This document shows positions 21,900 to 46,100 of a stretch of DNA of 64,000 bases, piece after piece; within the stretch, counting starts at the first letter, position 1, and each line of letters begins with the position of its first letter. The notes beneath the pieces were generated by a model. The model had not been told where the DNA came from. It saw only the letters and a program-made list of their open reading frames with translations, and did no database searches. Made by a program: the position numbers and the translations under genes. Source of the DNA: Macrostomum lignano (Eukaryota); NCBI GenBank assembly GCA_002269645.1, contig NIVC01002214.1:1-64000 (forward strand), in the 5' to 3' direction.

Positions 21900-22937
21900 C
21901 AGACCATAGGAGACTTTTGCCCATCTTATGAGACGATTCGCCGCTGGGCTATTGCCATTCGCAACGGCAAAGAAGACAGTTGACGACCAACGAGTGCTCG
22001 GACTGAAAGCCTAGTGAGTCAGGTGGAGGCAGCCGTGCTGCAGGACCGGAGACTGACAACCAAGCAGCTGGCTGATGCCATAGGGGTGTCCCACGACTCA
22101 GTCCACAAGATCCTGACCGAGGACCTTGGGATGCGCAAGGTCTGTGCCAAGTGGGTGCCGCATCTGCTCACTGACGATCAGCGGGCTCGGCGGGTCGCCA
22201 TGTGCGCATCCAACCTGCAGCGGTGTCGGCGGGAGGGCATGGCGTTCCTGCAAAGGATCGTTGCCTGCGACGAAACCTGGGCGCATTCTTGGGAGGCGGA
22301 GTTGAAGCGGCAGAGTTCCACATGATGCAGGCCAGGTTCTCCGCGACATCAAAAGGCCATCCGGAGCATCGGCCAGCTGAAGGTCATGCACGTGACTTTC
22401 TTCGATCGGGAGGGTCTGTTGTTCGATCAGCCTGTGCCAGTGGGGCAGACGGTCAATGGTGATTTCTACCTGTCGATTCTGGTGAAAGTTCGGCGTGCCA
22501 TTCGGGACAAAAGGCCTGCACTTCACGCGGCTGGCCAGACTCTGCTTCACGACAACGCAGCCCCACACCGAAAAAGCGTGCTGGCTACGATCGAGTCGTG
22601 GGGGTGGGAAATTCTTACGCATCCGCCTTATTCCCCGGACTTAAGTCCATGCGACTTTTTCCTCTTCCCTCGCATCAAGGAGTCGATGCGGGGCCAGCGT
22701 TTCAGCGCAGAGGAAGACGTGAATCGGGCCTACAAGGCTGGCATTGCCGCCGTGACGAACAATGGCATGACTGCAGGCATTGACGGGCTGGTGCGGCGTT
22801 GGGAGAAATGCATTGAAGCTGAGGGCTCATACTTTGAGTGAATAGATGTTAAGGAAGACATTTGTAACTTTTCATGTTTCTACTGTTTATCGTTCTCAAG
22901 TTATTACAATATACACAGAACTTTTCTGACAACCCTG
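21900..22937 (+). mobile_element. Mariner (DD34D) element, 5'-damaged, one in-frame TGA at 22323-22325
   Basis: WVPHLLT, IVACDETW, LLHDNAAPH, HPPYSPDLSPCDFFLF; 22014-22325 and 22386-22841 are the same frame; mariner-like 3' end cagaacttttctgacaaccct. Confidence 0.93.
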
Positions 22938-23497
22938 AGCGAACAAAGGACCACTAGCATCAGATGGACGCATAAAGACCACTATTTTTGCGACATGAAA
23001 CCCATTGCAAGAAGATCCGCCAATTAACGCGCAAAATCGGGAAGAAATCCAAATATTTTCCTGTTTTGAACTGATGGTTTCAATGTGGCATACAGCATAA
23101 TCACATATTAATAGGGTTAAGAAACTGTTACTCCCCTGCTGCTACTGGCGTGGACTCTACAGTGTCGACAGTAACCCAGCAGTCCGTGACTTTTGAAAGC
23201 TTTTCCACCATTGCAGTCAGCTTGCGCTACGCGGGCCAAAGTCCCAGCACCGCTCCGATCGCTTCGCCCACGCTGCCACGCTTCCAACGCCTGCCAGCAT
23301 GAGCGCCTAGCTGCATTTGTCCGCAGAGTCACGTTCTCTGCGCTTTGCCTCGACTCCACATACGTCAAGGGGCTCTGCAACGGACAGCTGAAGCGATAAG
23401 CAGACCAGAGCTGGTAGCACATGCTGAACTCCCATCCGATCTTCTATATATTCGGCCCAAAAATGGAAGCCATTCATTGAAACCACACGTTTAGACC

Positions 23498-24276
23498 ATG
23501 CTGAAGCTGATCATTGTCGCCTGCGCCCTCGGCGTGGCCTCGGCTTTGCCCGACCCGTACGTCCTGTACGGCCAGACCGCCGAACAGGGCCAGTTCCCGT
23601 TCGCCGGCTGGCTCGGCTTCTGCTCCGCCTCCATCCTGGACCGCCGCACCGTCCTCACCGCCGGCCACTGCGTGTGCCGCACTCGCCCGACTTCTGTTCT
23701 GTTCGGCGCCGTGCAGGGCAACCGGCCCGAGTCCGGCTCCAAGAGGTACAGCCTGGACACCAGCCGCCAGGTCATCAACCCGAAGTACACGCAGTGCAAC
23801 ACGGTTGGCAAGTGAGTACAGTTTAGATTCTAGCTTCCAAGAGAGTACCAATTATTGCACTAAATGCCACAAAAATAATCCCAAAACTAATCAGGGACGA
23901 CATCGCCATTGTGAAGACCACCGTTGATATCGAGTTCACCGACTTGATCAAGCCGATCGTTCTGTACGAAGCCGCCACCTCTGTCGGCCAGAGCGTCACC
24001 ATTGCTGGCTACGGCCAGGACGAGAACAGGCGGTCCGGCGTGCTGAAGTACGCGACCAGCACCGTGGAGAGCTGCAGGCGCTTCATCGGCGCCGTCTGCC
24101 AGTCGATGAGCCCGAACAGCCCGTACTACGGTGACAGCGGTGGCCCGCTGTTCATCACCGTGAGCGGCCAGCCCCGCCAGGTCGGTGTCGTGTCCGGCGG
24201 TGACTTCAGCAACAACCAGGCCATCTACGGCAACGTGTACGACAATCTGAGCTTCCTGAAGGCCAACTTCGAGTAA
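23498..24276 (+). CDS. Secreted S1A serine protease, copy 2; exons 23498-23811, 23895-24276
   Basis: Paralogue of copy 1 with same intron position, intact triad, TATA-like tatata at ~23444 and AATAAA at ~24317. Confidence 0.95.
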
Positions 24277-24480
24277 CTCACTCGAACCTGGTGTACATGT
24301 ACACCGTACGAGTGCAATAAAAGAGTGCCAATTATCCGGGCCGCTTGTGCTTGCATGGTTGAGCTGGCTTCTCTGAAGCAAAACTTTGCTTAAATCGCTT
24401 TACTTTTATTTTTTATGCTTCCGGCTCTAAGAGCAGCTCAGTCATGATAAATATGAGCACTGAGCAACATAGAATAGCTG

Positions 24481-25040
24481 GTACTGATGATACTGGTGAT
24501 ACTGATGATACTGATGGACTGATGATACTGATGATACTGATGATACTGATGATACTGATGATACTGATGATACTGGTGATACTGATGATACTGATGATAC
24601 TGATGATACTGATGGACTGATGATACTGATGATACTGATGATACTGATGATACTGATGATACTGATGATACTGATGATACTGATGATACTGATGGTACTG
24701 ATGATACTGATGATACTGATGATACTGATGATACTGATGATACTGATGGTACTGATGATACTGATGATACTGATGATACTGATGATACTGATGGTACTGA
24801 TGATACTGATGATACTGATGATACTGATGATACTGATGATACTGATGGTACTGATGATACTGATGATACTGATGATACTGATGGACTGATGATACTGATG
24901 ATACTGATGGTACTGATGATACTGATGATACTGATGATACTGATGATACTGATGATACTGATGATACTGATGATACTGATGATACTGATGATACTGATGA
25001 TACTGATGATACTGATGATACTGATGGACTGATGATACTG
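24481..25040. repeat. 9-bp tandem repeat (GATACTGAT)n
   Basis: Directly visible. Confidence 0.99.
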
Positions 25041-27233
25041 AGATTCATTTTTTAGCGTCAAAGTTCCAATATCTTGACTTCTAAATACCAAAAGAAGCAA
25101 ACAGGTGCTTGTCTACAGTGCAAGCAAAAGTTTATGAAGCAATTTTTCATGAAATGCTACCAGAGACCGGCGAGCAAGCAAAGTTTAAGCAAAGAATTTT
25201 GGCAACATGTTCATCTGAACGGCAAGCTGTGACAAAAATCTGAAAGTGATTATGCACTCGCCGAACGTCCTTTAGCGTGATGTACAGTGTGCAGTCCAGG
25301 CGACGACAGATTGCCTGCAACGACACGCCAGGTGCGCAAAGAAGTTCGGCTTCGAGCTTCTCCTTCATCCCAATCAGTGTTCTTTTAAAAAAATCGAGTG
25401 ACAGCATCCAACATTGGTGGTGTAAATTTTGTCCTGAAGGCTCCTCCTTGTTGCCTCAAAGCTCTTCATTGGCAAACCTGTGGATGCTTTTGCAGCCGTT
25501 CTCGATACTGCAGCAACGTGCGCTCGTATGCTAAAATGGAAGTCACTTTTGCCAAAGTTGAGCTTGAAATGGTAAAATACGTTTTCAAACTTTTTGAACC
25601 CGTGCGATACTGCCGCCAGGACCGACTTCTTCAGATTCTTCTGCCAAAGGCTGGAGTCAAAGCACAGCTATTGTAGGCTGAAAAGAACTTCAACTTGGCG
25701 CTCTCGCATAGAGAATTTGGCTTTTCCGCCATGCAAGCTCTTCGCGCCACACTCTATACTTCTTACTTATTAGTAGACGAACACCAACATGTGAATTGAC
25801 AAACCTGCATTTTTTATTAGAGGTTGTTCTGTATTATGCGAAATTCGGGCTTGTTTAAAATTGTATCTTCTTGCACAGACTTTCAAGTTTGTAGTCCCGA
25901 CTCCACAACAGGCCTCCGCGCCGTCTGAAGGACCTGATCGGGACCTTCGAAACGACGAATCAGTCTCTGGACCCATTCATATTGCGAATACCTGCCGCTG
26001 GCGCTGCAGCCTTCCGAATATTCTATGACCCAACCATTTTATGAAGCAATAATTTAATGACCCAGTAGTTCAATGACAACAATTTTTATAGTGACCCATT
26101 AATCATCCATCACCCATTACTCCATTAATCACAACCTAACCATAAGCCAACCATTCTATGACGCAATCTTTCTGTCCCAGTAATTGCTGACCCAGCCATA
26201 GTGACGCAAAGCCGCCAGCCTGAACTCCAGCTCAACAAGACGGGAAGCCAGCGAGTTGATTAGCAAAGCTCGGCTGTTCGCGTGTATTTCAAATCCGCGA
26301 GCCGGCGGCCCGGGACCGAGCAGAAATCTTCAAAGATCAGAAAATCTCGCTAGCAGAGCGCTTCTTCTGTAGTTCAACTTTTGCTTGCCGTAGAAAAAAA
26401 AGCCTCGAAACGAGCCGGGCACGCCACTATAAAAATGAACTGCGCTGAGAACAAAGAAAGAAAGAAGAAAACAGCTACGATTTAGTAATATTAGAACGCG
26501 TATGAAAAAAGTTAAAGCAATAAATCAGAGATTGACAGTCTTGAGAAGGACTCGCCGAGGTTAAAATATCAAGCCAAAAATGGGAGTTGGGAGAAAATAT
26601 CCGGCAAACTCTTTGCAGATAAGCGGCGGCAGACAAAAAATGTGCTTAGCATTTGGGAAGTTAAAGCGAGTTGGACAGTGTGCGATGCATAAGAGCTGGG
26701 GCCGCCGCTGTGCGCAACTGGTCCGGCCGCTTCTGGCGGACTTGTCAATCAATCAGTGTTATAAAAATGAAGAAGCGCGGGGATCGGGGGGCCGGAGGGA
26801 CGGGCCGGCGGGGCGCTGAGACGCTAAAACTGAGCGGATGAGGCGATGAGTACAGCGGCGGCTACGAGTATCGGGGATTAAAAACTGCGCGATGAAGCAA
26901 TGACGTGATACCGTGAGTCGAGAGAAAAAGCGGAGGCTGGGGGCGGGGGCGGGGCAGCATCAGCGGCGGGCGTCAGAAGCCGGGGCTGGGCGATTATTTA
27001 CAGAGCAGGAGCCGGCCAAGGGGACGCGCGAGCGACGGCGGAGCTCTTCTGTCGGTGGGATCTGCAATGCGGAGGCGAAGGCTGCGCTACTGCCGCAGGC
27101 TGACAAACGGGTAGGGGGGGGGGGGGCATTCCGGGGATCGAGTCTCATGCAGGTCGGGAAAGCAGAGTCAGAGCGGCCAGGCAATTTGAGTAGCGAGTTA
27201 GCGCGGCTCCCCGACCCCAGCCCACCCGGACAA

Positions 27234-37046
<9,813 letters not shown>

Positions 37047-37235
37047 GAAGAAGCCGGGGTCCAGCGCCAGCTGCCCACCACCGGGGGCCCCCAGGCCGGC
37101 TCCGCCAAAGGCGTCCAGGATGGCCGCTTCGGTGCCCGCTTCCTGTGGGTTGCGCCGCACAACGGGTGCAGGGAATCGAATACAGCCTTCTTTAAACCAA
37201 AACTAGACCAAACCAATGTGCTCAAAACACCCTAA

Positions 37236-37405
37236 AGCAATGCCCATAGACTATAAACCAATGCCCATAGACTATAAACCAATGCCCATAGACTATAAAC
37301 CAATGCCCATCGACTATAAACCAATGCACATAGACTATTAACTAATGCACATAGACTATAAACCAATGCGCATAAACTATAAACCACATGCCCATAGGCT
37401 ATAGC
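37236..37405. repeat. 21-bp tandem repeat (aaccaatgcccatagactata)
   Basis: Directly visible. Confidence 0.93.
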
Positions 37406-38004
37406 CAGTGTTTATCGTCAATAAACCAAATGCACCCATCGCATACTCATCGCATTCAATCATGAAATTTTCGCCTCTGAAGCTAGAGAAAAGTTTCCCA
37501 GCGATCCGCGCCAACTCGAAACATTAGTAAAATATTGAGTTATATAGATTTTTACGCTTGCGTACGCGCGCTTTGGTCAAAAGCCTCTTTATTTCCGATT
37601 GCTCCGAGAACTGCGACCAGCGCTACGCCATCGCGCTTTCCCCTTTCAATTTTCTTCCCCATTGCAGCTGCTCGCCATCCCGGGATTTAGAGATTTCCGC
37701 GTGGGCCGGTTGAGCAGAGAAAGACGAAATAAAATTTCTAGAAGTGACTCAGTTCGAGTTCGAAAAGCTTTGGGCAAAAATGCAGCGGGAAAATGTCATA
37801 GCCTTCTCCCCAGTGTGCAGGAATCCAACTCACTTTGCTGCTTGGCGACGGGATCTTTTTCCCTGCAGTTGCTTTGCGTGTCACTTTGCATTTGCTTCAT
37901 CCTAATTTGGCTGCATCACCCAGTTTCCGTTGTTTGAATTGGATTTTTGCCGCTACGACGTACATCCAACTAAGAGACATAAGCGCCATTAGGGAGTACC
38001 TGAC

Positions 38005-38512
38005 TCGAAAAGGAGTACCTGATTTTGGAAGGGAGCACCTGACTCTGGAAGGGCGTACCTGACTCTGGAAGGGAACACCTGGCTCTGGAAGGGAGCACCT
38101 GTCTCTGGAAGGGAGCAACTGACTCTGGAAGGGAGCAACTGACTCTGGAAGGGAGCAACTGACTCTGGAAGGGAGCAATTGGCTCTGGAAGGGAGCACCT
38201 GGCTCTGGAAGGGAACACCTGGCTCTGGAAGGGAGCAACTGACTCTGGAAGGGAGCAACTGACTCTGGAAGGGAGCAACTGACTCTGGAAGGGAGCACCT
38301 GGCTCTGGAAGGGAACACCTGGCTCTGGAAGGGAGCACCTGGCTCTGGATGGGAGCACCTGGCTCTGGAAGGGAGCACCTGGCTTTGGAAGGGAACACCT
38401 GGCTTTGGAAGGGAACACCTGTCTCTGTAAGGGAACACCTGTCTCTGGAAGGGAACACCTGGCTCTGGAAGGGAACACCTGGCTCTGGAAGGGAGCACCT
38501 GGCTCTGGAAGC
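38005..38512. repeat. 20-bp minisatellite (gactctggaagggagcacct), ~24 copies
   Basis: Directly visible. Confidence 0.97.
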
Positions 38513-39984
38513 ATGAGGTTATATTGCGTGTCCGAGAGTGTCGGACAACCCTGCCGAAAAATCCCGAGCGAGTAAGCAATGCCTGCTTATATTAAAATAA
38601 ACAAATTAGAGATAGGAAATTTCCACCCTGTGATGATGGGCTGGGTTGCCAAGCACCTGTGTGCGCGTGAGAGAGATCGCGGCACACGGGGAGGCAGATG
38701 GCCGCTCATAACCACACTTGCGAGTTGCGCACTCTAATGAACAAATGCGAGGAGTGAAGAAGTTTGAAGTTCAGACTCTCAGCTGCATCAATCAGCAGCA
38801 GCGGCGGGAGTCCCGCAATGTGGCACGCAGCGGCCAGACAATCCCGCAGCTGGCGATGAAGCTCGGGGAAGGGGTGGTCGATTTTGGCAGCCACGGCTGG
38901 CGGGTCATGCGCCGATGGCGGCTTCAATGCGAGGCCAGCCCACCATTCATCACGTAGCGACGCAGTCCCCCTCCACCGCTGTCACCCCTCCCGGATCCTT
39001 GGGGTATTTGGTCTCTCAGTTCCTGCCCGGAAGAATTATTTTATCCCCAGAAGAATGCCAGCAGCATGAAGGCTCCGCATGCGGCATTTCAGCGCCAGAA
39101 TTCAGGCCGCACGATTCCCATAAAGCCCGGCTGCAATATCGGACTTTCCGCCGCCACCCGCTTGGGCTGGGTGGGGGGAGGGGGCGGCCCGTCTGGCGGA
39201 CTTCGGCCTGGCAGGGCTGATTCAACAATGCCCGCGCAGGAGTGATGGCGCCGAGCAGCTGAGGCTGTCTGAGGGGGCGGGGATCAGAGAACGGATACAT
39301 GAGAGGCAGAGCAAACAGAGCGGACGGCGAGGGCGGAGAGCAGAGCGAGTGAGAGGGATGACCGGTGGAGCAGCTTCGAACTTCAATCTGCACAGGACAT
39401 TCCGGAAACCCATTTTAAGGGGGGTCTAAGGAAGGAACTCCCACCGAGGGGCGAATTATTGATCCTCGGAGTTTCGGCCCACCCACTGGGAGCGGAGCGG
39501 CCAAGGGGTCGCCGCCGCAGCTCGGGTGTGGGAATTCGCGCAGGGCCCCGGAGCGCTCGCGGAAGCGTGACACAATCGCGCTGGGAATCGGAGCGAAGAG
39601 GAGCGGGGAAGGCCGCGGGGCCGGGAGGCTGAAGGGATCAATTTTTTAGAGATCCCACTTGACCGTAAAATTTCCGGTTGCCCGTGGGGGCCAGCAAACA
39701 GGCCGGGTGGGGACGGACGGGGCAACAAGACTTTTGAGTTCGCCAAAAATTCATTTCCGCCCCAAGACGTGACTCAAGGCTGGCGGCGCACGAAAATTGC
39801 ATCTTTTGAAACTGTGGATCCCCTGTGCGTCTCGCCTGAACCGGTCTGCTGGGGACAGTTCTCTCGCTGGAACTGGTAATCTACGAGGAGCTACCTGGGG
39901 ATGCGGTGTGGCCTCCAGATCCTCAGTTGCGTGAGTGAGCATGGGAGGATATGAGCTGCTGCATGTCCGCCAGTCTGTGTCCGC

Positions 39985-40195
39985 CTGTCAGTGTCTGTCA
40001 GTATCTGTCAGTGTCTGTCAGTGTCTGTCAGTGTCTGTCAGTGTCTGTCAGTGTCTGTCAGTGTCTGACAGTGTCTGTCAGTATCTGTCAGTGTCTGTCA
40101 GTGTCTGACAGTGTCTGTCAGTGTCTGACAGTGTCTGTCAGTGTCTGACAGTGTCTGTCAGTGTCTGTCAGTATCTGTCAGTGCCTGTCAGTGTC
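39985..40195. repeat. 10-bp repeat (gtgtctgtca)n
   Basis: Directly visible. Confidence 0.97.
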
Positions 40196-43100
40196 TATGG
40201 ATAAGTCGGAACATGACTTTACCCGCTTTGGTTACTTTTACTATTTTACCAGCGTATAAAACCATTGTGATCGAGAGTGCTATGCCATGCCCTGCTAGCC
40301 TGCCTGTCAGCCCAGTGCCTGTCTGTCAATGTCCATCTGTCCTTGCAGTCCGACAGAAGCAGCACCGAGCGCCCAAGTCTCTTGTTTACATGCACGCACC
40401 GCTAGAATTGCATCTCCTGCCGCTTCGAAGCCTGGGGCAGCCGCTTCCAGGGAATCCTGGAAATGACGTGCGGGCTGATACGGGGAAGCAAGGGGTAGCG
40501 TGTCATCGGGCATCCCTGTCCTGGGACCCACGTGTTTATACAACCGGAGAGCTCCTCACTCCCCTGGAGGTCGACGGTGGGTCATTTTTTCGCCTTTCTG
40601 AAGCGCTCAATTCCGGTTGTACTGCAATGCTTTTATTGCCTGCTGGGGGACTCACTTGTCAATGATGCACTGAGAGAGCCTGCTGTCGGCTCAGGGAACT
40701 GCGCTCCCTGTTGCTTCTTTTGCCTCGCCTTCGAGTTCTCAACTGGCCTGCGTCTCAGCCAGCTGTCCTTCTGGGAGTTGTCGAATCTCTGCGGCTTCGG
40801 TCAAAAAACGATAAAGTTTTCGCTTCAACCAGATTGGCGGAGAGGCCACTCCTTCAAGAAAGAGTTGAAGGTGCAGCAGCCTTCTGTTCCGGGCTTCCCT
40901 TAAAGCTAAATTGCATCCACCTATCGCAGGGTGCGCCTGGCAGGCCTGCGCCGCCATGTCGCACTCTGGCGTCCCAGTGGGAGGGCAGGCAGACTGGCCA
41001 GCAGGGAGGAAGTGGCACCAGGCAGGCGGCCAATGGGCGGCTGGGCTCGCCATGGTTTGGGTCAGGACAGGGCCAATCCAGGCCACCGGCACGGCCGATG
41101 CGGCAGCCCGGAGACCGAGCAGTTCGAAGGCGCTGCAAATGAAAATGTCACAAGCAATTAGATAAGAAGGTGGTGACTCGCAGCGATGGTGATTTCTGGG
41201 AATTGAAAAAACGCTATGAAGTAGGCCTGTGTCGGCTTACTCAGGGGAGAGAGGGGAGGAAATGAGGCTCTGGCGTGCAGTTCTGGGTCTTATCTTGGCC
41301 GGCGCATGCCGCCTGGCGGTCCGGCTGGGAGGGCTGGCGGAACGGGCGTCCAGCCTCCTGCCAGCTTCATCGATACTGCCGCGGCAGCTCGAGGCGCTAA
41401 GCTTGGCACTAAACCTGCAATTAAGAAATTGTTGGGGCGGCTGCTCTTCCCGGGCTGCAGGGAAATGTTGGAAATGGAATAATGCGATGTTGTCCCCGCG
41501 CCGCAACCCGGAAACTATTGATTGGACCTTCGGCCCTGGAGAACCGCGGCAGTGTGATCAGGATGGACCGCAGCCACAAATCTATGAAAATGCAAAGTTA
41601 ATCTGGTAGTGACGTCGACTACCACGAGTAATATGGCTCAGACGAATTGCTCGAAGGTGGCTTAATTTTTGCAAGCTTCTGTTCGTCTTTGCCCTGGAAA
41701 ACATGCGTCTGTACCCTGAAAACATACCCTGAAATCTCCTCTGAAACACCCGAACGCTGCCGTTTGCGCCTTAAAAGAAACTTTTTATCCCGCACTAAAT
41801 CATGGCACATGGCCCAACTTCAAGAGAACGCGATCTGGGCGTTGCTATGTGACCTAAAATGCACCCCAGTGCAATGCACAAGACCTCTTTGATGACTATG
41901 GGTCAGTGCCATTAATTATTTTGGCACTCAGCAATTTGACTACTTTGCTCCATCGCTAGAAGATGCAGCATCTTCAGGCGGCATCGAGGGCCGTTTTTTG
42001 CAGCGAACTCGCATTTTTACAACCGCGCTGCGCATTTGCGGCTTTAAAAAATCTTGTCGCGCGAATTCCGGCCAGCTAAGCAAATGCTTTTGGCTTGGCG
42101 ATTTCCGCATCCGTGTTCGCAGCTGAAATCGGATAAATTCAACAATTTGAACGGAATTCCTGGAGAACCAGCCGCGAATTTTTCTGAGGTGCAGATTTAT
42201 GGATCCGGGGTGGATTCTTAAGAGTCCGGCAGCTGCCTGCGCCAGCAGCAGGCGGAATCCGACACTCCAGCGTGCCAAATTCCTGGCTCCGCCCCTGGCG
42301 ACAGCACGCAGTGACCCGCTGGTCAGAGCCCTCCCAGCTGTTCCATGCCGGCACCCCCGGCCGAGCATCTTGCGTCACGGTTTGAACTTGACACGTGACG
42401 AACTGCTCTCTCCCTTGTGGGAGCCGGTGGCAGCGCCGACACTCCAGTCTCTGATCGAGCCGATCCTGATGTTGCTCGCGGAAGGATTGTAGGGTAGAAA
42501 GACTTTGGTGGGCGCATTCCTCTGCTAATGCGATCGCTTGCTTCTACATGTATTGAATGCGCTTCTGCCCGGCTCGGGACTTGCCAGCGCGTGGCACCGG
42601 TGCCCCGGATTTTGCTGCACTCTCCCCTGTCCAAGGCTGAATGCTGCTGCTGGAAGAGCCGTGACTCGCGGCTGCCAGGCTTGGAATCAGAGAGCGGGGA
42701 GGGGTTGGCTCGCTGGGATCGTTGTCACGATCTTGTCGCTCCCACCCAGCCTTGCCCATTTCGGCACCAGGAGGGTGTATTCTGCATGGGATGCGACGCA
42801 GTTGCCTGTTCCCCGTGCTGCATCACTCAGAGAGGCTCCACTCTCCCGACCCCCGACCCCTCAGCTGATCCTCCTTGTTCTTTTTCCGAGTGGAGCGAGT
42901 GCGATTTTATTGCCATTGCGGGTTCAGCGGGATCTGCTGGTGCACTGCAGAATGCGGGTAATACTGCTGTGGCTTCTTGTCGTCTCGGATGTAGTCTATT
43001 TTCATTATGCGTATGCGGGGCTCATCGAGAGGCTGGAAAACTGATTACTCACAATTTGCTTTAATTGATCGATGTTATGACGAAGCATGCAGGTTTACAA

Positions 43101-46100
43101 GCGCCAGTTTTATCTAATTTCAAGGCTGTTTTTTTCTGCCGTGTCCGAAAAAGTTTTCCGTATGCACTTCAGCTGCGCAGTTTCATAGTTGGATGAAACC
43201 AGCGTGTAAAACAAATTCAGGGACAAAACACAAGGTGAATTCATCACAGCTTGAACTTAATTTAAAATTACATGTAATTTGTGGAATTATTTCGGACTTG
43301 AAATACTCCCATTCACGAAATTTAACATGCATTTATACCACTAGAGGCTCGGTGGGCATCATAGGGGAGCCAACAGGGGGCGCCATCAGGGGCGCCATCA
43401 GGTGGAGCCGCACCAATAATGGGGCGCTAGCAGTAACCGAGCATAACGAGCATAACGAGCCTACCAAATACAGGCTTGAGGCACTTTAGGATAATGAAAT
43501 CTATAGTTTTATTACTTTAATTACTTTTACTTTTACAGATCTGGCGCAGCCAGGATTAGTTTTTTAGGCTGTCCTCAAGGCTAGTGAAATGACCGTTACT
43601 ACAAGTGACGAATTAGAAAGAAAACAGCTGTATTTATAGCGCTTTTAACAATAAATTTTATTTTATTAAAATAAGTTATAACTAAAAATCGCAATTATGA
43701 TGATATATCTAATACAAAAATTTGAATCACAAAATATATAACATAGTTTTTTGTTTTAACTGGCAAGTTCTAATAATTCATTTTGACGATGACTAATTGA
43801 TTCATACTTGAACTATAAATTATCTGACTGAACAGTCACGGGAGTTAGTGATTACTGGAATTGGAATTTAATGGGTTTATCTCTATTTATTTGAATACCC
43901 TATTATCTTTTGGCAAACAGACAGCTCTACCAGAGTAACTTGTTTCGTACTTTAATCTTATTGAAAAAATACTTCTAAAATAAAAATTCAGCAAGAATGA
44001 CAACTGTTGAAGTAATGAAAGGCTTGGTAAGCACACTTGACATCTGCAAGTGCAAATTTGTTGCATTTTTTCCTCTTGTCATACGTAAATAAGCCAATAT
44101 TTATACAGTCTTGGACATTTAATAGATTAAAGTAGCTAGCTAACCTATTTAATTTTTTCAAGATTTTTTTACAATATTTTTGCATGCAAGAACTTTTTTG
44201 TCTTAAATACCATATGCACATACATGCCCAACCCCCTGATTTACACTTTTTGACCAAAATGCAACTTGCCTATGAAAAAAACCTTAGCAAAATGAACATA
44301 ATTTTGGGTAAATACTATAGTCCATTTAATGCTTGAAGTTATGGCTATGCTAGAGAAAAACAGATGAAATTTCATTATTTATGCCAGACTTTCACCAGGC
44401 TTAAGCCATAGTCAAGATCATGTCATGGTATATGCTGGAATAAAAAGTCCCCTAAAAATCTATGCCACTTCATACTAAAACACATGCCAAGGTCCTAGGA
44501 ACTTACGCCAGGTTTTCTAGGCTTTGTGACAAAAAATGACCTTTTTTGCATGTTATACATTTTTCTTCAAATAAATTATTTAACAAATGTGTGGGTTTTC
44601 AGTTAAAGTAAATTGGCTTACAGATAATGCCAAGAAAAATAAATTTTTTGTTTAAGTTTTTTTAGAAAATTACACGATAGTTTGCGTGGAATTTTAAATT
44701 TTTATAAATCACAAATAGTTATAAACTCTCATCTTACAAATTTTACAGTTTTTTGATTTTATAATAAGATTATGAGGTTACAGCGTTATGCCAACAATTG
44801 TTAATATTAACTTTGGCATGAAGATTAGAGTTGGCATATGCTCCTTGGCATATTTACGCCATGGTATCATGCTAAAAAGTATGCCAAATATATTTTGCCT
44901 CCTTTTTTATGCCAATTGTTTGGCAAAAAAAGTAAAATTTTCAATTGTACACTGGAAATTTCTGGCATAATGTAAAATGTACATCATCCTGACTATGGGG
45001 CTTAAGCACCAAATGCCAGGCAGATAAATGCCTAGACTAGGGGGGGGGGGTGCAGGGGAGTTTTTTATAGGCCTACAAACATTTTTCAATTTAAAAAAAG
45101 TTGAATGTTTCTATTTGTGTATTGTAATTAAAACATTTTAAACATAAGTATTAACCAGGATTGAATTTTTGTACAAAATCCAGGATGCATTCTGTGCGTG
45201 CTAACAAAAACTTGCGTACTTATGCGCATATTTCTAGCAAAGTTGCGCAACTTTAAAAAGCTTACCTGGGCAAAAGCTTAATATTCTAAGAAATCTTGCA
45301 TTATACACTTTTGCAACATGTATTGAGAAAAGAAAATTTTTAAGGAATATTTTGAATATTTTTATTTGTTAAAAATTACAAAAAAAGTTTTTTTGGCATA
45401 AAGTTTTAAGGTTATAATAGTTTTTTAAATTATTCTTTATATTTTATGTTGATCTTGTTGCTTGTAGTGTATTTACTTTATTTGACCCTATCATGCATGC
45501 AGATATGCCATAGATATAAGCCAAATTTTTTGTATCTATTATGTCAAATTTTGACTATGTCATGCATGTTGGGATCCATTGTTCATTTCAATGCTTGGAG
45601 TTATGTCAGAAGAAAACTTATTGAAATTTTATCATTTATGCCAGGCTTATATGCACCACATACTAGGCATAATGCCTAGACTAGGAGAGGGGGTGCAGGC
45701 AATTTGTATAAAGATTTTTCATTTAAAAAAAGTTTAATGTTTCCATTTGTGTAGTATAATTAAAACTTTATAAACATATAAATATCAAAAGATAATAATG
45801 TAAAAGTTTATGCATTATAGCACAATTTCTAGATTTTAAACTTTGTTTTACTTCTTACAAACATATATGCCCAACTTCAAAATTTCACTCATCCAGTGCA
45901 ACTTAATTTTGTCCAGATTTGTGACTTAGTTCCTTCCAATTGTGACTTGTTTCTCTTGATTGCAACTTAGTTTCCCCAATTGCAACCTAATTTTTACTTT
46001 GTATGCAACTTAGTTCCTCTCAATCATACATGCCCAACACCCACCCAACCTATTTATTTATCTATTTTTCTATCAATTCTTATGCCAAGCATTTATGCCA

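Noticed and set aside
22323-22325. In-frame TGA in the mariner as selenocysteine or readthrough
   Set aside because: The position corresponds to a conserved Trp (TGG>TGA); no SECIS seen; the element is 5'-damaged.
38600-42500. Many short ORFs in GC-rich DNA as a separate gene
   Set aside because: No recognisable domain or consistent exon chain; more likely PCBP 5' UTR exons and introns.
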